From Fimbriimonadaceae bacterium (GTDB lineage Bacteria; Armatimonadota; Fimbriimonadia; Fimbriimonadales; Fimbriimonadaceae), in the NCBI GenBank assembly GCA_035545155.1, contig DASZYX010000022.1:1-37675 (forward strand): a stretch of 37,675 bases of DNA, written 5' to 3'. Under the pieces are notes generated by a model that was not told the DNA's origin, searched no databases, and saw nothing but the letters and a program-made list of their open reading frames with translations. Numbering within the stretch: the stretch's first letter is position 1; each line of letters opens with the position of its first letter. The translations under genes were made by a program, and so were the position numbers. Shown here one piece after another: positions 34,825 through 37,675 of this stretch.

Positions 34825-35230
34825 GCAAACGGGCCGGGCCGCGCGAGCCGCAAGGTCGAAGGACCTCCAGACGGAGGTCCTTCGCTTTACGAAAAGTGGA
34901 AACCCTGGAGGGTCGAGGAATTCGCTCTATCGGCGCAGCCGCAACGGATCGATGGTCCCAAACGCCGTTTGATGCACGATAGACGAAAATCTCAAGAAAG
35001 TGGGAAGCTGAATAGAACGACAACCATGGCCGCGTCTCGCAAGACTCGCCGCTTTGCTCAGTAGAATGTCAAGCTTTCTTCAGATGGGGAAAGCGCTCGT
35101 CGTGGCTTGGACGTCCACGTCCGAGAAGGCGCGTTTCGATTTGGGGGCGGGCTCTCTCGGGTCTGGAGACCCAAGCCACGACAAGCGCATCCCAACTGGA
35201 CAAATGAAGCTTGACGATCTACCGAACGGC

Positions 35231-36151
35231 TCAGTTTCCGAGGGTCGCGACGATCAGAGCGACGAACGGCGCGCTGAGGAGGATCGAATCGATCCGGTCG
35301 AGCAGTCCACCGTGACCGGGCAGGAGCTTGCCGCTGTCCTTCACGCCGGCAGACCGCTTGAGCGCGCTCTCCAAGAGGTCGCCGGCCTGCCCGAGGATGC
35401 CGGCGGTAAGCCCGACGAAAATGCCGACCGGCATCGGCTGATGAATGAGATAGGCCAGGCCGACCGCGCCGAGAAGACAGCCGAGCAGATTGGCGACGGC
35501 GCCTTCGACAGTCTTCTTCGGCGAAATCTTCGGAACAAGTAGATGCTTTCCGAAGGCGCGTCCGACGAAGATCGCCAAGGTGTCGCCGATCCAGATCGGA
35601 ACGAGCGCCAAGAGGACCGGCGAAGCCCAGCGGAAGCCGGCCGGGATCGACCAATAGGTGGTCCCGTTCGAGGTCCAGCCATGAAGCGCGAGCAGGGCAA
35701 GGAGTCCGCCCGCGATCCACCACGACCCAAGCTCGACCGGCAGAATCCCGCGCGCTCCGCGCGCGACGGCCAGGGCCATGCCCGAGCCGGCCAGACTGAG
35801 CAAGACCGAGCCGACAGTCAGGAGGCGGATGGCGTAGGCAACGCCCTCGACCCCTGACGGCGCTCCGTCGTTGTGAAAGAAGTGGGTGATCAGCAGCGGC
35901 GAGGCGGCAAGGAGAAGAAGACCGGAAATCCCCGCCGCCGGCTTGCCGGGGTTGGCCATGCGCGCCAACTCCAAAGCCCCGATCCCGTAGGCGATCAGCG
36001 CGACCGCGTAGATTGGACCGATATGATCAATAAAAACCGCCAGTAGAACTGGCGGTATAAGCAAGGCGGCGGTTAGGACCCGCTGTCTCAATCTCCGTCT
36101 TCGATCTTGGCAGCGGAAAGACGAAGCGCGACTTGCACGCGGTTCTCGCAT
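35231..36151 (-). CDS. cdsA: Phosphatidate cytidylyltransferase (CDP-diglyceride synthase)
   Basis: The C-terminal signature is 'SPKKTVEGAVANLLGCLLGAVGLAYLIH...GDLLESALKRSAGVKDSG..LPGHGGLLDRIDS'. The start is uncertain. The likely start is a TTG near 36089 reading 'RQRVLTAALLIPPVLL', which overlaps the stop of the upstream regulator gene. My position count and the ORF track disagree by 1 nt in this region, so track coordinates are used. Confidence 0.75.
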   Translation of the reverse strand: MREPRASRASSFRCQDRRRRLRQRVLTAALLIPPVLLAVFIDHIGPIYAVALIAYGIGALELARMANPGKPAAGISGLLLLAASPLLITHFFHNDGAPSGVEGVAYAIRLLTVGSVLLSLAGSGMALAVARGARGILPVELGSWWIAGGLLALLALHGWTSNGTTYWSIPAGFRWASPVLLALVPIWIGDTLAIFVGRAFGKHLLVPKISPKKTVEGAVANLLGCLLGAVGLAYLIHQPMPVGIFVGLTAGILGQAGDLLESALKRSAGVKDSGKLLPGHGGLLDRIDSILLSAPFVALIVATLGN

Positions 36152-36687
36152 TTCAGCTTGCGCATGATGACGCTGACGAGATTCTTGACGCTCTGCTCCT
36201 TAAGGCCGACGACCTCACTGATCTTCCGGTTGGAATATCCTTTGGCCACGAGCGAGGCGACCTCAAATTCGCGTCGCGAGAGTTCGAACTTGTTGCCGTA
36301 GCCGCCGCGAGATTCGCGGACGCGTCCGGTCGGGGTTCGAACGAAGGCGTTTCCGACTTCGCGGATCGCCTTAATGAGTCCGGCGGAACCCTGAGCACGC
36401 GAGTAGATCTTGTCCACGCCGTACTCGGAGTAGTCCTCTCCCTCGCCGGTGACGAGGGCGACGCCGAAATCGCCATAGGCGCGGGCGCCCATGAGGAATT
36501 CGAGCTCATTCTTTTCTAGGCCCATGGAGTCCACTACGATGACTTGGGCACGCTGGTCTTTGGCCGCGGAAATGCAAGCGCGGGGCTTGGACTCCGATGC
36601 CACTACGTCGAAGTTGCCTTCATGTCCAAGCAAGCTTGTGAGCGCCTGGCCGAAGAGCGGTTCCTTACAGCAGAGTGCGATTCGCAT
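36088..36687 (-). CDS. LuxR/FixJ-family regulator with an atypical receiver-like N-domain and a C-terminal GerE-type HTH
   Basis: The HTH is 'LSRREFEVASLVAKGYSNRKISEVVGLKEQSVKNLVSVIMRKL'. The N-domain has a candidate acceptor in 'VIVVDSMG'. The usual acidic pair near the N-terminus is replaced ('ALCCKEP'). Confidence 0.75.
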   Translation of the reverse strand: MRIALCCKEPLFGQALTSLLGHEGNFDVVASESKPRACISAAKDQRAQVIVVDSMGLEKNELEFLMGARAYGDFGVALVTGEGEDYSEYGVDKIYSRAQGSAGLIKAIREVGNAFVRTPTGRVRESRGGYGNKFELSRREFEVASLVAKGYSNRKISEVVGLKEQSVKNLVSVIMRKLKCENRVQVALRLSAAKIEDGD

Positions 36688-36960
36688 TGTTTACCGTGCG
36701 TCCGAGAACAACCTACAAGCCAGTACGTTGCATGACCCCGATAAGTCGCTCACACAATCAGAATGATGCAATTGCGACACCAGAGACAAGCGACTCCCTT
36801 CGTGCCGTCCGAGCGATGAAAACCATTGCCACAGGTTCCGACACGAAAGTGAGAGCTAGTTAGTTGCTACGAACACTCCTTTCGACATAGTACTTTCAAA
36901 AGGCGCGTTTGTGAGCAATCTATTTAAAAAACAGCACGTTTTACCTAACTCTTTGCAATT

Positions 36961-37395
36961 TCATAGCTTCAGGTCGACGATTCCGCTCACCGCAACGCCC
37001 TCGACTCGCCTCATATCACTGACGATATTTTTCGTTTCGATGGGGATCATCGCCCTAATCTTCACTTCTTTCCCAAAGAGGTCCTGCTCGATCTGGGCGA
37101 CCGCTTTGACCTTTTCGACCTGAGCCCGAGGTCCCATTACCTGAGCCGCGCCGACCGCCTTCCGGCTGTTGATGCCACCGCTAAGGATGGGAACGACCTT
37201 GGTCGTCATGGTCGGGGTGTCGCGGTGGTTCGCGAGCTTGTTGATCGCATCGTTGAACTTGGGCGCGAACGAAGTCACAGCCGCGCCGACGCCGATGATC
37301 TTGACGAGATCCGAAAAGGCGTCCGCCGCCATGGCCGTCGCGGCCAATCCGCAAAGGGCGACCGCCAGGGTTCGCTTCTGTAAAAGTCTCTTCAT
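36961..37395 (-). CDS. Hypothetical secreted/periplasmic protein (144 aa)
   Basis: The signal peptide is 'MKRLLQKRTLAVALCGLAATAMAADA'. I recognise no domain. A weak hairpin plus T-run lies downstream on the minus strand (about 36921-36943). Confidence 0.5.
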   Translation of the reverse strand: MKRLLQKRTLAVALCGLAATAMAADAFSDLVKIIGVGAAVTSFAPKFNDAINKLANHRDTPTMTTKVVPILSGGINSRKAVGAAQVMGPRAQVEKVKAVAQIEQDLFGKEVKIRAMIPIETKNIVSDMRRVEGVAVSGIVDLKL

Positions 37396-37532
37396 TTTGC
37401 TTTTCCTACCTTTCTTCAGGACGGGCGATGCACGGCCTGCGTTTCCGGGAGGGCGCTGGCGTTGCGTCTCACAAATAAACGTCGCGCAGGCCGCCCCTCA
37501 CCTGCTCCCCTAGGGTCGCTTTCCTCTCCCTC

Positions 37533-37585
37533 GGATGTCCGATGACATGACATCCTTGACACCTATGACAAGACATCCTTGACGG
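37533..37585. promoter_or_regulatory. Cluster of GGATGTC/GACATCC half-sites: two 19-bp direct repeats 'ATGACA(T/A)GACATCCTTGAC' spaced 23 bp apart, plus an inverted half-site GGATGTC 9 bp upstream
   Basis: 'ggatgtccgatgacatgacatccttgacacctatgacaagacatccttgacggatgcc'. It is 140-190 bp upstream of the minus-strand gene that starts at 37395, or it may belong to a gene beyond the window end. Confidence 0.4.
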
Positions 37586-37675
37586 ATGCCTTTTCGAGAG
37601 CTGAGCAAGATGGATGCGCGCAGGCGGCTGGCGAGTTTGGTTTTGGAATCGGGTTGGACGGTGGCGGAGGCTGCC

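Noticed and set aside
35054-36151. Coordinate inconsistency: ORF-track positions after about 35030 are 1 nt higher than my manual count from the printed sequence, for example the TTG at 35053 versus track 35054
   Set aside because: It is probably a counting slip on my side. It does not affect any call. I used track coordinates for cdsA and the LuxR-family regulator.

Overview
This is a high-GC (about 63-65%) bacterial chromosomal segment. The gene content (prepilin-type N-terminal protein, SdpI-like protein, M16 and S41 peptidases, menaquinone genes) is compatible with a PVC-group or similar soil or aquatic bacterium, but taxonomy is inference only. Most of the window is housekeeping: an RNase E/G family nuclease, mutS, an OsmC/Ohr protein, a Ctp-type S41 protease, a ubiE/polyprenyl synthase/HAD operon, a Gfo/Idh/MocA oxidoreductase, an ECF-type sigma factor, a large M16 protease, tatD, a flotillin/SPFH protein, cdsA and a LuxR-family regulator. 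Because GC is high, the six-frame track contains many long antisense ORFs that I treat as spurious. Five things are not ordinary. (1) A tRNA-Arg(CCU) is followed by a roughly 5.2 kb block that ends in a degenerate 43 bp copy of the tRNA 3' end. This looks like an integrase-less tRNA-anchored islet, and it carries a nitrosative/oxidative-stress module: a hemerythrin-like protein, a fused cytochrome b/Moco oxidoreductase, DUF488, RIC, a ferredoxin and an NsrR-like Rrf2 regulator. (2) A class III nucleotide cyclase is fused to a STAND NTPase and TPR array with no DNA-binding domain. It is divergent from an orphan SdpR/SdpI-like pair, with a perfect palindromic operator between them. (3) A 934 aa membrane-anchored protein has no domain I recognise. 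It sits behind an unusually AT-rich 280 bp region and is divergent from the flotillin gene. (4) An in-frame, G-rich, imperfectly palindromic heptad-repeat insertion lies inside mutS, immediately upstream of the Walker A motif. (5) There are several structured intergenic repeat families: a 173 bp tandem repeat 5' of the RNase gene, a 10 bp-phased CATCTGCG array, and a roughly 100 bp palindromic element present at two loci. I could not run any homology search, so all functional calls rest on motifs I recognise in the translations.
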